Positions 50,250-58,607 of a DNA stretch of 64,000 bases are shown here, piece after piece. Within the stretch, counting starts at the first letter, position 1; every line of letters starts with the position of its first letter. Origin of the DNA: Thermodesulfobacteriota bacterium (GTDB taxonomy: Bacteria > Desulfobacterota > Desulfarculia > JACQYL01); the NCBI GenBank assembly GCA_963675595.2, contig CAXXLZ010000002.1:4160001-4224000 (forward strand), written 5' to 3'. A program made the translations under genes and the position numbers. The notes beneath the pieces were generated by a model. It was not told the origin of the DNA and searched no databases. It worked only from the letters and a program-made list of their open reading frames with translations.

Positions 50250-50423
50250 CTACCACCAGGAGACGTTTTTGTCGTTTTCGAAAATGAGGCCGACAAGTGC
50301 GTCGTAGTCCACTTCCCCCTCGTAAAGCTTGATTTCGGTCGTCTCCTTCCCTTGGGAAATCGCGTCCATCAGCCTTCGGGTTGTCTCATCGGGCTCTGAT
50401 TTCAGAATATGCAGCAACTTCAT
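50250..50423 (-). CDS. DsrH/TusB-like small protein (57 aa, not in ORF track)
   Basis: Hand translation MKLLHILKSEPDETTRRLMDAISQGKETTEIKLYEGEVDYDALVGLIFENDKNVSWW; GAGG RBS; DYD.LV.LI.E.D...SW ending is DsrH-like. Confidence 0.75.
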   Translation of the reverse strand: MKLLHILKSEPDETTRRLMDAISQGKETTEIKLYEGEVDYDALVGLIFENDKNVSWW

Positions 50424-50434
50424 GGGAACCTCGT

Positions 50435-50725
50435 CTAGAAGGGAATGATCAAATCGAATTCCCTGAGTTTTTCATCCAATTCATCCAGGGTGACGGCTTG
50501 GAATCCATTTTCGATGTTCTTGGGGTGGTTCGAGAAATAGCTGCATTCCATATCCTCAAGCCACTCCAGATTCTCTTTGATGGCGTCCGTCATGTCCACT
50601 TCGTGATCCAGCACGAAGGTACTGACCCAGAAGTTCTCCACGGCAAGGCCCAGACTGGAGCGGACTCCTTCCCAATCGTTCTCCGGTTCGCGGATGATAA
50701 AGGCTACGTTCTTAATATCCTCCAT
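50435..50725 (-). CDS. DsrF/TusC-like protein
   Basis: [27 protein letters not shown]; GGAGGAG RBS. Confidence 0.7.
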   Translation of the reverse strand: MEDIKNVAFIIREPENDWEGVRSSLGLAVENFWVSTFVLDHEVDMTDAIKENLEWLEDMECSYFSNHPKNIENGFQAVTLDELDEKLREFDLIIPF

Positions 50726-50741
50726 ACGGGGTCTCCTCCAC

Positions 50742-51053
50742 TTACATCACGACGTACCGGTCGCATTCTTCTATCATGGCGCCGTTGCGTGCCTGAGTCG
50801 CATAGCCGGTTTCGGGAACCCCCGGAGCCTCGATTCCTTTCAGGCCCGCGGCCTCGTAACCGACGTTACACAGGGACAGATGGGCCTTGGTCTTGCCCAG
50901 TTCGAGGAACTTGGGGTCTTGGGTCAGAAGCACGCCTTTGTGAGAGAAAAACGTGAACACTTCGATTCCCCGCGCTTCCGCCGCCCGGACCAAGCCGATG
51001 ACGTGATCCAAGTACTTGTCGGAACGTACAAAAATACCTAATTTGTCGGCCAT
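50742..51053 (-). CDS. DsrE-like sulfur-transfer protein
   Basis: [14 protein letters not shown] at the active-Cys position, C-terminal ECDRYVVM. Confidence 0.78.
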   Translation of the reverse strand: MADKLGIFVRSDKYLDHVIGLVRAAEARGIEVFTFFSHKGVLLTQDPKFLELGKTKAHLSLCNVGYEAAGLKGIEAPGVPETGYATQARNGAMIEECDRYVVM

Positions 51054-51068
51054 ATCGTCACCTCGCGA

Positions 51069-51308
51069 TCAACCGACCTTCAGGTAGAAACGGATGAATC
51101 CGTCGTCGTCCTTGGATCCAAGAATCTCGTGCCCGCCGCGTTTGGCGAAACTGGGAAGATCGTTCTTGGTCCCCGGATCGGAACTCAACAGCTCGAGCAC
51201 CTGCCCGGATTTCATGTTCTGAATGGCCTTCTTGGTTTTCAGGATGGGCATCGGGCAAGTCAGTCCCCTGCAATCCAAAGTTTCGTCCGCTTTGATCTCG
51301 TCCGCCAT
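51069..51308 (-). CDS. tusA: TusA/YeeD sulfur carrier
   Basis: LDCRGLTCPMPILKTKKA (CPxP), GQVLELLSSDPG. Confidence 0.92.
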   Translation of the reverse strand: MADEIKADETLDCRGLTCPMPILKTKKAIQNMKSGQVLELLSSDPGTKNDLPSFAKRGGHEILGSKDDDGFIRFYLKVG

Positions 51309-51568
51309 GAAATTTCCTCCTAAGAGATGTGTTGTATGTTGATCGAAAGAAGCTCGGAACCGACGATCGCGATGGACCCAGCGTCTTCTCTTACGCCGGA
51401 TTCCTACGGCCCATGCGAGAATGCAGCCGGAACATCAGTTCGATTATCGGATAAAGAGCTCCTGTTCAAAATTTGGTTACGAAAAAAGCCGGAAAGAAGT
51501 TCGATCGTTTCCTGTTTGTTTGGCCGGGATTCGATGCTTCAAGGAACGCCCCGACACATGTCCCTAAA

Positions 51569-52744
51569 TCAAAACAAGGTGAACTTGTCCGTTTCCTCGT
51601 TCCACGTCGCCAGGGCGAAGTAAACGGCCATGATCACGAAGATGAGGACGAAAGTCCCTATGTATCCCAGTGTGTCGGGCATGAAGACCGACAGTCCGAT
51701 GGTCTTGAGATATCCCGTGGTTTGGAGAAACTTCATGAACAGGGAACCCACCAGGGAGAATGAAATCAAGGCGCAGATGAGCTTGAGTTGCCCTTCACCG
51801 ACACGCCAAAGCGTGCCGCTTCCGCAACCCCCGGCGATCACCATGCCTACACCGAAAATGACTCCCCCAACGAGTCCGCCGAACCAGAACCGGGCGCTCA
51901 CATACATGTCTTCCGGCCGCATACCGTTCCATTTGAGCAGTGCGAAACCGATCACGCTGATCATGAGGCTTACGGCGATGGCACGGGGCATGGTGCCTTC
52001 ACCGGTCATGAATGGATCGCGGAATCCTCGCACGAAGCAGAAGCGCGTTCGTTGAATGACCAAGCCGAAAGCCATGCCGAAAAGAAGCAGCCCTCCGAGT
52101 TTGGAATAAGCGTATCGTCCGTATACAAAGCAGAGGACGATCCCCCCGATGAAGACCAGTACTCCCAGCCACGGTTGGATCTTCTTCCAGTCGAATTGGC
52201 CTTCTTTGCCTTTTTCACCCACGGAGGCGGCCTGTTTGGAGGGGACGTTCTCCAGTTCCCACAAAAGATATTTGAGGCCGATGAGAGCACCCACGATAAG
52301 GCCGGCCATCATGGACAGACCGCTTGCGGAAAGGGCGCTTACCGACGTGTAGAATCCTCCCACGTTGCATCCCCCGGCGAGGCTCGCGCCGACTCCCATG
52401 AGGGCCCCTCCCACGAATCCTTTGACGATTTCAAGAGGGGGAGCACCGCGGAAGGCAAACTGCCTGGACAAAAGAGCGGAGCCGAAGGCGCCGAAGATCA
52501 GACCGAAACTCAGAATGGAAGAAGACGAGGTAATCGGGTCCGCCCCCGGGGTTGCATAAAGCCCCAAAGAGGAGAACACCCAGTCGCCCCAGACGCGGAT
52601 TCCACCGAACACGCCCCAGGGACGGGCCCACGCGAAGCATAGAATGCTGAGCAGGCCTATCCAAATCCCGCCGGTCATAGGAGCCCATTCATTATCGAAC
52701 AGCTCCCCGTATCCTTCCTTGAACTTCTCCACCAACACGGACAT
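51569..52744 (-). CDS. YeeE/YedE (TsuA) thiosulfate/sulfur-compound transporter
   Basis: Polytopic; three conserved Cys motifs AGGCNVG, RFCF and AGGCGSG. Confidence 0.9.
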   Translation of the reverse strand: MSVLVEKFKEGYGELFDNEWAPMTGGIWIGLLSILCFAWARPWGVFGGIRVWGDWVFSSLGLYATPGADPITSSSSILSFGLIFGAFGSALLSRQFAFRGAPPLEIVKGFVGGALMGVGASLAGGCNVGGFYTSVSALSASGLSMMAGLIVGALIGLKYLLWELENVPSKQAASVGEKGKEGQFDWKKIQPWLGVLVFIGGIVLCFVYGRYAYSKLGGLLLFGMAFGLVIQRTRFCFVRGFRDPFMTGEGTMPRAIAVSLMISVIGFALLKWNGMRPEDMYVSARFWFGGLVGGVIFGVGMVIAGGCGSGTLWRVGEGQLKLICALISFSLVGSLFMKFLQTTGYLKTIGLSVFMPDTLGYIGTFVLIFVIMAVYFALATWNEETDKFTLF

Positions 52745-52764
52745 AAGTCAGCTCCTCGCTTTCG

Positions 52765-53217
52765 TTAACAACCTTCATCATCCGCTATGGTAAACCCCTT
52801 GGGCTTTTTGGGTTTGGGCGGGGCGGCGGGCGGTTGGGACTGCGCCGTTGTCGATCCCTCCATGGTGGGAGACGAGGAGATCGCCGCGGGAGGTTGGGTG
52901 GGTTCGGCGGGCCGCACCATATATTTTCCCGTGTTTTTCATCTCTTCAGCGGCGGCGTAAAAAGTGGCCAGATCATACCAGTTCCAGGGTTTGGGGTTCT
53001 GGGGATCGGCCTGCACCGCAGACTGAAAATAATACTTGGCATCCTGGTAACGTCCACGATCCAAGGCGTCCTGACCGTGTCGGATCATGAGAGCGCATTT
53101 CTCCTTGTCGACCTTGACGGCATCGTTTTGGACCGCCCATGCCGAGGTCCCGGAAAGCAGAAAAGTCAGGGCCAGGGCCGCGGCCGTAAGGGTGCTGAAC
53201 GTCCGATGGAATCTCAT
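52765..53217 (-). CDS. Exported TPR-like protein with Pro-rich linker and C-terminal DDEGC
   Basis: GGAGG RBS; signal peptide ending AWA; GQDALDRGRYQDAKYYFQSAVQADP TPR-like unit; stop 20 bp from the yeeE start. Confidence 0.8.
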   Translation of the reverse strand: MRFHRTFSTLTAAALALTFLLSGTSAWAVQNDAVKVDKEKCALMIRHGQDALDRGRYQDAKYYFQSAVQADPQNPKPWNWYDLATFYAAAEEMKNTGKYMVRPAEPTQPPAAISSSPTMEGSTTAQSQPPAAPPKPKKPKGFTIADDEGC

Positions 53218-53337
53218 GTTTGGACCTCCGTCGATTCGGTTAATGGAAAAACATTTCAAAAAATAATGACGGGAGGTGAAAAAATCAAGAGGCGAACCTT
53301 TGTTCTTATACACTAATGGTTGTTTAGATCTGCGCTG

Positions 53338-54312
53338 TTAGGCCAAGCGGAGGCTTACATCCCCGCAGGTAACTCGGACCTGACTGCCGTTTTCGTCCGT
53401 AAGAATGAGGGCTCCGCTTTCGTCGATGGTTTCAGCGGTGCCTCGGAGAACGTCGTCAAAGGAGCGAATTTCCACCTCACGGCCCAGCACCAGGGAACGA
53501 CGGTTCCACTCCGACGCCAAGTTCCCGTCTTCTCCCGCCAGCAGCTTGTCATACCAGACGTCCATGCGGCCTAAAATGCCCGCCAACAATTCCACACGCG
53601 ACCAACGTCTTCCCGTTTCGGCGTAAACGCTGGTGGCCGTGTCGCTGATTTCGGGATGATTCTTGGGATCGAAATTCACATTGAGGCCGATACCCACCAC
53701 CGCATAGTCCAAACTGTCCGGCCCCGCGGAAAATTCGGTCAGCAAACCCGCGAGCTTACGACGCCCGATGTAGATGTCGTTGGGCCATTTGATTTCCGGG
53801 GTCAGGGGAGTCAGGCTTTCGACGGCTTCCGCAATGGAAACGGAGGCGACCATGTTCAGGCGAAAGACTCGCTGAGGTGGGATGGGAGGACGGCAGACAA
53901 GGGAAAAGAGCAAATTCGCCCCCTTAGGGGAAGTCCAAGTCCGGTCCAATCTTCCGCGACCATGGGTCTGTTCCTCTGCGATCACCAGGAGGCCATCCTT
54001 CGCACCGGCCGCCGCGGATTTTTTGGCTTCTCGATTGGTGGAATCGATGGTTTCGAAGTATTCGATCTCCGCAGCAAGTCGGCGACACTTCAGGTTGCGT
54101 CGGAGAACCACGGAATAGAGGCGATCCGGAATCGTTTGAAGCAGGTACCCTTTCCGGGGTACGGCGTTCACTTCGTAACCCAAGTCCCTCAGTCTCCGTA
54201 CCGCTTTCCAGACCGCGGTCCGGGAAAGTCCGAGAGTTCGACCCATCTCCTCCCCTGAAATGGGCGCTTTGGCGGAGAGCAGGATTTCAACCAGTCGATC
54301 CGATGTGTCCAT
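53338..54312 (-). CDS. birA: Bifunctional biotin ligase/repressor
   Basis: HTH ISGEEMG..LGLSRTAVWK, IDSTN, QTHGRGR, KWPND, GIGLNVN. Confidence 0.95.
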   Translation of the reverse strand: MDTSDRLVEILLSAKAPISGEEMGRTLGLSRTAVWKAVRRLRDLGYEVNAVPRKGYLLQTIPDRLYSVVLRRNLKCRRLAAEIEYFETIDSTNREAKKSAAAGAKDGLLVIAEEQTHGRGRLDRTWTSPKGANLLFSLVCRPPIPPQRVFRLNMVASVSIAEAVESLTPLTPEIKWPNDIYIGRRKLAGLLTEFSAGPDSLDYAVVGIGLNVNFDPKNHPEISDTATSVYAETGRRWSRVELLAGILGRMDVWYDKLLAGEDGNLASEWNRRSLVLGREVEIRSFDDVLRGTAETIDESGALILTDENGSQVRVTCGDVSLRLA

Positions 54313-54677
54313 GGAATTCCCGCGAATGATTTGCCGGTTTCGGGAGAGCCGGCGTGTTCTTTCTTAAAACGTCTTCCCGAATACTCCGAGAACGCGCATG
54401 CGCTTCTCCCCGAATCTCAATCACCCAAAACAGCGGCTCCCGAGGGGCTGCGTTCGGCATGCCTGCCGTGAGTTTTGTAGATGAGCGCATACGGTAGGGC
54501 TGCGTGCCGGTTCCCTTCCGGTGAAACGCCGCCGTACGAGGCCCCGCGTATGAGAGCCTCACTTTAGCCCCTTGTTTTCGTCTGTTCAAGGGAAGTATGC
54601 GAGGAACCGGAATCCCGTCGACTCCCAACGGACTCGGATCGTCGCGGAACTCGGAGATCGCGCGCCCCAAATGCACC

Positions 54678-54706
54678 TTGCCTGAAGGGAGGGGCCGGGG
54701 TATAAT
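54678..54706 (+). promoter_or_regulatory. Sigma70 promoter
   Basis: TTGCCT-17 nt-TATAAT. Confidence 0.7.
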
Positions 54707-54799
54707 TCCGCATGGTTAATGAGTGGAAATCAGGCCATGATCGGGTGAATCCGAGAAATTGCTTGACGGCTCATTCCAACAATCCGGGTGGGAGCCCCA

Positions 54800-55224
54800 G
54801 TGCGTAAAATTTGGACGATTCTCACTTTGAGCGTCTCGTTGGCGGTATCCGCCCCGACCTATGCCGGGCGGATCGAGGGGACGATCAAAGGATAATTTGC
54901 GACTTGCCGTGTCCCATCAACCAGGAGGACTCCGTGGCCTCCACGGTGCATATTCCGGTCGTGGTAACGGACAACGACAAGTACTATTTCGTGCCCAACC
55001 TTTCTCACGCCGCCCTGGCGCGTCATATTCTGAAGGCCGTACGGGTTACGGGCGATGTTAAAGAGAAATTCAATTCCATTTACGCGGACAATCTGGAAGT
55101 CCGGCAGGACGGCGGATGGGTCGAGACCTGGACCTACCGGGACGAGGCCGAAATGAGACAACATCAACGGGATATCGAAGAACGAATTCGAAAGATCCCT
55201 TCGCCGGAGAATTCCGTTCACTAA
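54800..55224 (+). pseudogene. Exported hypothetical protein disrupted by a frameshift/stop near 54893
   Basis: GGAG RBS + GTG 54800 gives MRKIWTILTLSVSLAVSAPTYA-GRIEGTIKG-stop; body CPINQED...YYFVPN...LARH continues in the -1 frame. Confidence 0.65.
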
Positions 55225-55258
55225 TGTTCTCAGGGCTTCTCGTCGGCTCGTTGAACTA

Positions 55259-55397
55259 GGCCGGTTGTTCACAAACCGGCAAAACACGATGACATGCCGG
55301 GCGCGCAAGTTCCGAAAAATGAGATCTACCCGACCGGTACGTCGAAGTGACCGGGGGTGAAGCGCAGCGTCGCAGATCGCGTTGTTCAACGGTCTGT
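55259..55397 (+). repeat. Intergenic repeat family B, copy 1
   Basis: AATGAGA.CTAC...GTACGTCG.AGTGAC..GG.TGAAGCGCA.CG.CGCAGATCGCGTT.TTCAAC shared with 58357-58506. Confidence 0.8.
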
Positions 55398-55483
55398 TGA
55401 TATCCGGTGCTGAAACCGGCGCCGGACATTCCCACAACCGTACGCCGCATGCTGTTCGAGTTCGAAGTGAGAAGGAGATCGAC

Positions 55484-57220
55484 ATGGAGAATGATTACCG
55501 CGTGGATGAGAGCAAGCCCTGGTTCAGCGCCGAAGCCGGATGGCCGGCCGAAGTCCCCAAGCATTTGGATTTTCCGAAAATAAGCCTGTACGAGGTCTTG
55601 GCGGAATCGGCCAAGAAATACGAGAACAGGAAAGCCGTCTGGTTCCTCGATACCTTTATGACTTTCGGGGAACTTCATCGGCACGTCCTTTCCGTGGCCG
55701 CCGGTCTCGCGGAGCGGGGAATCCGGAAAGGCGACGTGGTGGCTTTGGTTTTACCCAATTCCTTTCAATACGTCATCTCGTACTACGCGTGCATGAGGCT
55801 GGGAGCCATACCCACGGGCGTCAATCCGACATACAAGCCCGGTGAAGTGCTTCATCAGTTCAAGATCGCGGGAGTCAAGGCGGTCATCGTCCTGGATTCG
55901 CTTATCGAACCCTTGATCCAGCCGATCCAACAGGAATATCCCATCCATCAACTCGTCGTGACCAATGTTGTGGACCTGGTGAAGCTCAGCCCCCTGAAAA
56001 AGTGGTTGGGCAAGAAACTGGGCAAGATACCTTTCGGCACCGTACCTCAGGGAGCGACGCGCTTCCTGGATCTTGTGCGCACCAAGCCCGATCCTCCCGA
56101 AGTGGAAGTCCTCTCCAAGGATGTGGCGACGTATATCATGACCGGAGGCACCACGGGTGTGCCCAAGGCCGCGGTTCTTTCCCATTTCAATTGTGTCTCT
56201 CAATGTTACCAGCTGGACCACTGGATCTACATGGGCGGCGCCGGCGCGTGCGGCGTTGGGGTGTTGCCCCTGTTTCACTCCTTCGCCATGTCCTGCGTCA
56301 TGAACCTTTCCATCAAAGCGGGCATGTGGATGATGTTGTTTCCCAAGCCGCCCGACGTGGAGACTCTGCTGAAGACCATTTGCGCCATTGGAGAGGACCG
56401 AAATACTTACTACTGCGGGGCGGAAGTGCTCTTTCAGCGCATCGCCGATTTCCCGGGTACGGATAAGTACCCCATCGCCCGGAAGCTTCGCTGTTGCATC
56501 AGCGGAGCGGGACCTTTGCACCGTCCGGTACAGGAGCGGTTTGAACAGAAGACCGGCGCCATCATCGTCGAAGGGTATGGGCTTTCGGAAGCCACGCCGG
56601 TGGTGTGCAGCGGTCCGTTGACGGAGGGCGTTCGAATGATCGGGAAGATCGGGTTACCCATGCCGGGAACCGATTGGAAGATCATGGATCTGGAGACGGG
56701 CACCAAAGAGATGGCCCCCAATGAAATCGGCGAGCTCTGGGTTTCGGGACCTCAAGTGATGATGGGCTATTTGAACCAACCCCTGGAAACCGCCGAGACC
56801 ATCCGAAAGATCGACGGGAAACGATGGCTCCTCACCGGGGACATCGGCCACATGGATGAACTGGGCCGCGTGACCTTGAGCGACAGAAAGAAACAGCTGA
56901 TCAAGGTCAGGGGATATTCCGTGTTTCCCAAAGAAGTCGAAGAGCTTGTAGGGGGCAATCCCCACGTTTCCGAAGTGGCTGCGGCCGGACTTCCGGATGA
57001 GACATCGGGCGAGGCGATCAAGGTCTGGGTGGTCCTCAAACCGGGCAGCGCGGGCAAGGTTACGGAAGAGGAGCTCAAAGCGTGGTGCAAAGAGAACATC
57101 TCCCACTACAAGGTGCCCAAATACATCGAGTTTCGTGATGATCTTCCCAAGACACTGGTGGGAAAGGTCATGCGACGGCACCTCCAGGAAGCCGATCCTT
57201 TGTACCGGGGAAAAGAATAG
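55484..57220 (+). CDS. Long-chain fatty acyl-CoA ligase (AMP-forming)
   Basis: MTGGTTGVPKA, EGYGLSE, GPQVMMGY, TGDIG, LPKTLVGKV. Confidence 0.92.
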   Translation: MENDYRVDESKPWFSAEAGWPAEVPKHLDFPKISLYEVLAESAKKYENRKAVWFLDTFMTFGELHRHVLSVAAGLAERGIRKGDVVALVLPNSFQYVISYYACMRLGAIPTGVNPTYKPGEVLHQFKIAGVKAVIVLDSLIEPLIQPIQQEYPIHQLVVTNVVDLVKLSPLKKWLGKKLGKIPFGTVPQGATRFLDLVRTKPDPPEVEVLSKDVATYIMTGGTTGVPKAAVLSHFNCVSQCYQLDHWIYMGGAGACGVGVLPLFHSFAMSCVMNLSIKAGMWMMLFPKPPDVETLLKTICAIGEDRNTYYCGAEVLFQRIADFPGTDKYPIARKLRCCISGAGPLHRPVQERFEQKTGAIIVEGYGLSEATPVVCSGPLTEGVRMIGKIGLPMPGTDWKIMDLETGTKEMAPNEIGELWVSGPQVMMGYLNQPLETAETIRKIDGKRWLLTGDIGHMDELGRVTLSDRKKQLIKVRGYSVFPKEVEELVGGNPHVSEVAAAGLPDETSGEAIKVWVVLKPGSAGKVTEEELKAWCKENISHYKVPKYIEFRDDLPKTLVGKVMRRHLQEADPLYRGKE

Positions 57221-57405
57221 CGAGGCGGGTCGAGGGGCGCAACCGAACTCGGTGTGCGAAGCCGGCGGAGTTTGGGGCTTTCGGCATCGTGTCGGAAACG
57301 CGAATCACCACCGTGAGAACGCTTCCGTAGCGGGTACTCTTTTTTCGGCTGCGAGCATCCGGGATCGAACTCCCGGAAAGCGCTTCGACCCGAAAGGACT
57401 GTAAT

Positions 57406-57849
57406 GTGGGCATGATCGACGTCTCATCCAAGGACGTGGTATTGCGGGAGGCTCTCGCCGAAGGAACTCTGATACTCGGAGCGAACACTCTCGGGCAAAT
57501 CGCACGGGGAACCATCCGCAAAGGGGATCCGTTCACTTTTGCCGAGGCGGCGGCTCTTCTCGCGGTGAAGCAAACGCACTTACTGATCCCGCATTGTCAC
57601 CCGCTTCCCATCGAGAGCGTGGAAGTGAGTTTTCGTCAGGACGAAGACTCCGTCAACGTCCGGTGTCGGGTAAAGGCTCGCGCGCGGACCGGCGTGGAGA
57701 TGGAAGCCCTCGTGGGGGTTTCCATGGCGCTCAACACCCTCTGGGACTTGGTGAAGTACCTTGAAAAAGACGAACGGGGACAATACCCGGGCACTCGCAT
57801 CTCGGATATCCGCGTGTTGAGTAAGGAGAAAGGACACCCTTCGCCATGA
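57406..57849 (+). CDS. moaC: Cyclic pyranopterin monophosphate synthase
   Basis: MIDVSSK, KGD, LIPHCHP, TGVEMEAL, WDLVK. Confidence 0.93.
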   Translation: MGMIDVSSKDVVLREALAEGTLILGANTLGQIARGTIRKGDPFTFAEAAALLAVKQTHLLIPHCHPLPIESVEVSFRQDEDSVNVRCRVKARARTGVEMEALVGVSMALNTLWDLVKYLEKDERGQYPGTRISDIRVLSKEKGHPSP

Positions 57850-58355
57850 GTCGGCATTCCCACCACCCCCACGTCAAAGACGCACCCGAAAAAGTCCGCA
57901 TCGGGGTGCTTACCGTGTCCAACACTCGCGGCCTGGATCAGGACACGAGTGGAGACGGGATTTCATCCCTGATAGAGGCCGGCGGGCATATTGTGGCGGG
58001 CCGTAAAGCGGTGAAAGACAGCGTGCCTCAAATACAGGACGCACTCGCGGAAATGCTGGCCGACTCCGACGCCGTGGTCATTACCGGGGGCACCGGGGTC
58101 ACTCCCACGGACGTCACCCTCGAGGCGGTGACGCCTCTGTTTAAGAAGGAGTTGCCGGCTTTCGGCTCCGTGTTCAGCCGGTTGAGCTACGATGAGGTCG
58201 GAGCCGCGGCGATCCTCTCCAGAGCCTGCGCGGGAATTATCCGGGACCGTGCGGTTTTTTGTCTTCCAGGTAGCGCCAATGCGTGCATACTGGCCATGGA
58301 ACGCATCATCCTTCCCGTGGTCTCCCATCTCGTTTTCCATATACGGGCCACGTAG
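57846..58355 (+). CDS. moaB: MoaB/MogA molybdopterin adenylyltransferase family
   Basis: LTVSN, DTSG, TGGTGVTPTDVT.EA, LSRA, FCLPGS. Confidence 0.88.
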   Translation: MSRHSHHPHVKDAPEKVRIGVLTVSNTRGLDQDTSGDGISSLIEAGGHIVAGRKAVKDSVPQIQDALAEMLADSDAVVITGGTGVTPTDVTLEAVTPLFKKELPAFGSVFSRLSYDEVGAAAILSRACAGIIRDRAVFCLPGSANACILAMERIILPVVSHLVFHIRAT

Positions 58356-58356
58356 A

Positions 58357-58506
58357 CAGCCCGTTGAAAAAAGCCGGTCGCGGCAGGCTGCTGAAAAGCG
58401 ATGAGATGCAAGTCGCGCAAATCCTGAGGAATGAGACGTACATAGAGTACGTCGCAGTGACGAGGGATGAAGCGCTACGCCGCAGATCGCGTTTTTCAAC
58501 AGCCTG
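58357..58506 (+). repeat. Intergenic repeat family B, copy 2
   Basis: Terminal inverted repeat GGCTGCTGAAAA...TTTTCAACAGCC with the same core as 55259-55397. Confidence 0.8.
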
Positions 58507-58607
58507 GTAAGGACGTCCTCAAGCGCCGTGTATGTCGGTCGTCGCACCGTTCGACTCCGGAGGTACCCCTTCGGTGCTTCCTCGTTTCATTCGGAAGGAG
58601 ATCGTTT

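Noticed and set aside
26461-50400. attR duplication of the tRNA-Glu 3' end or an integrase
   Set aside because: No repeat of TTCGAATCCCCTTGGGGACGCCA and no integrase ORF seen by eye; the partial match near 50348 lies inside the DsrH-like CDS
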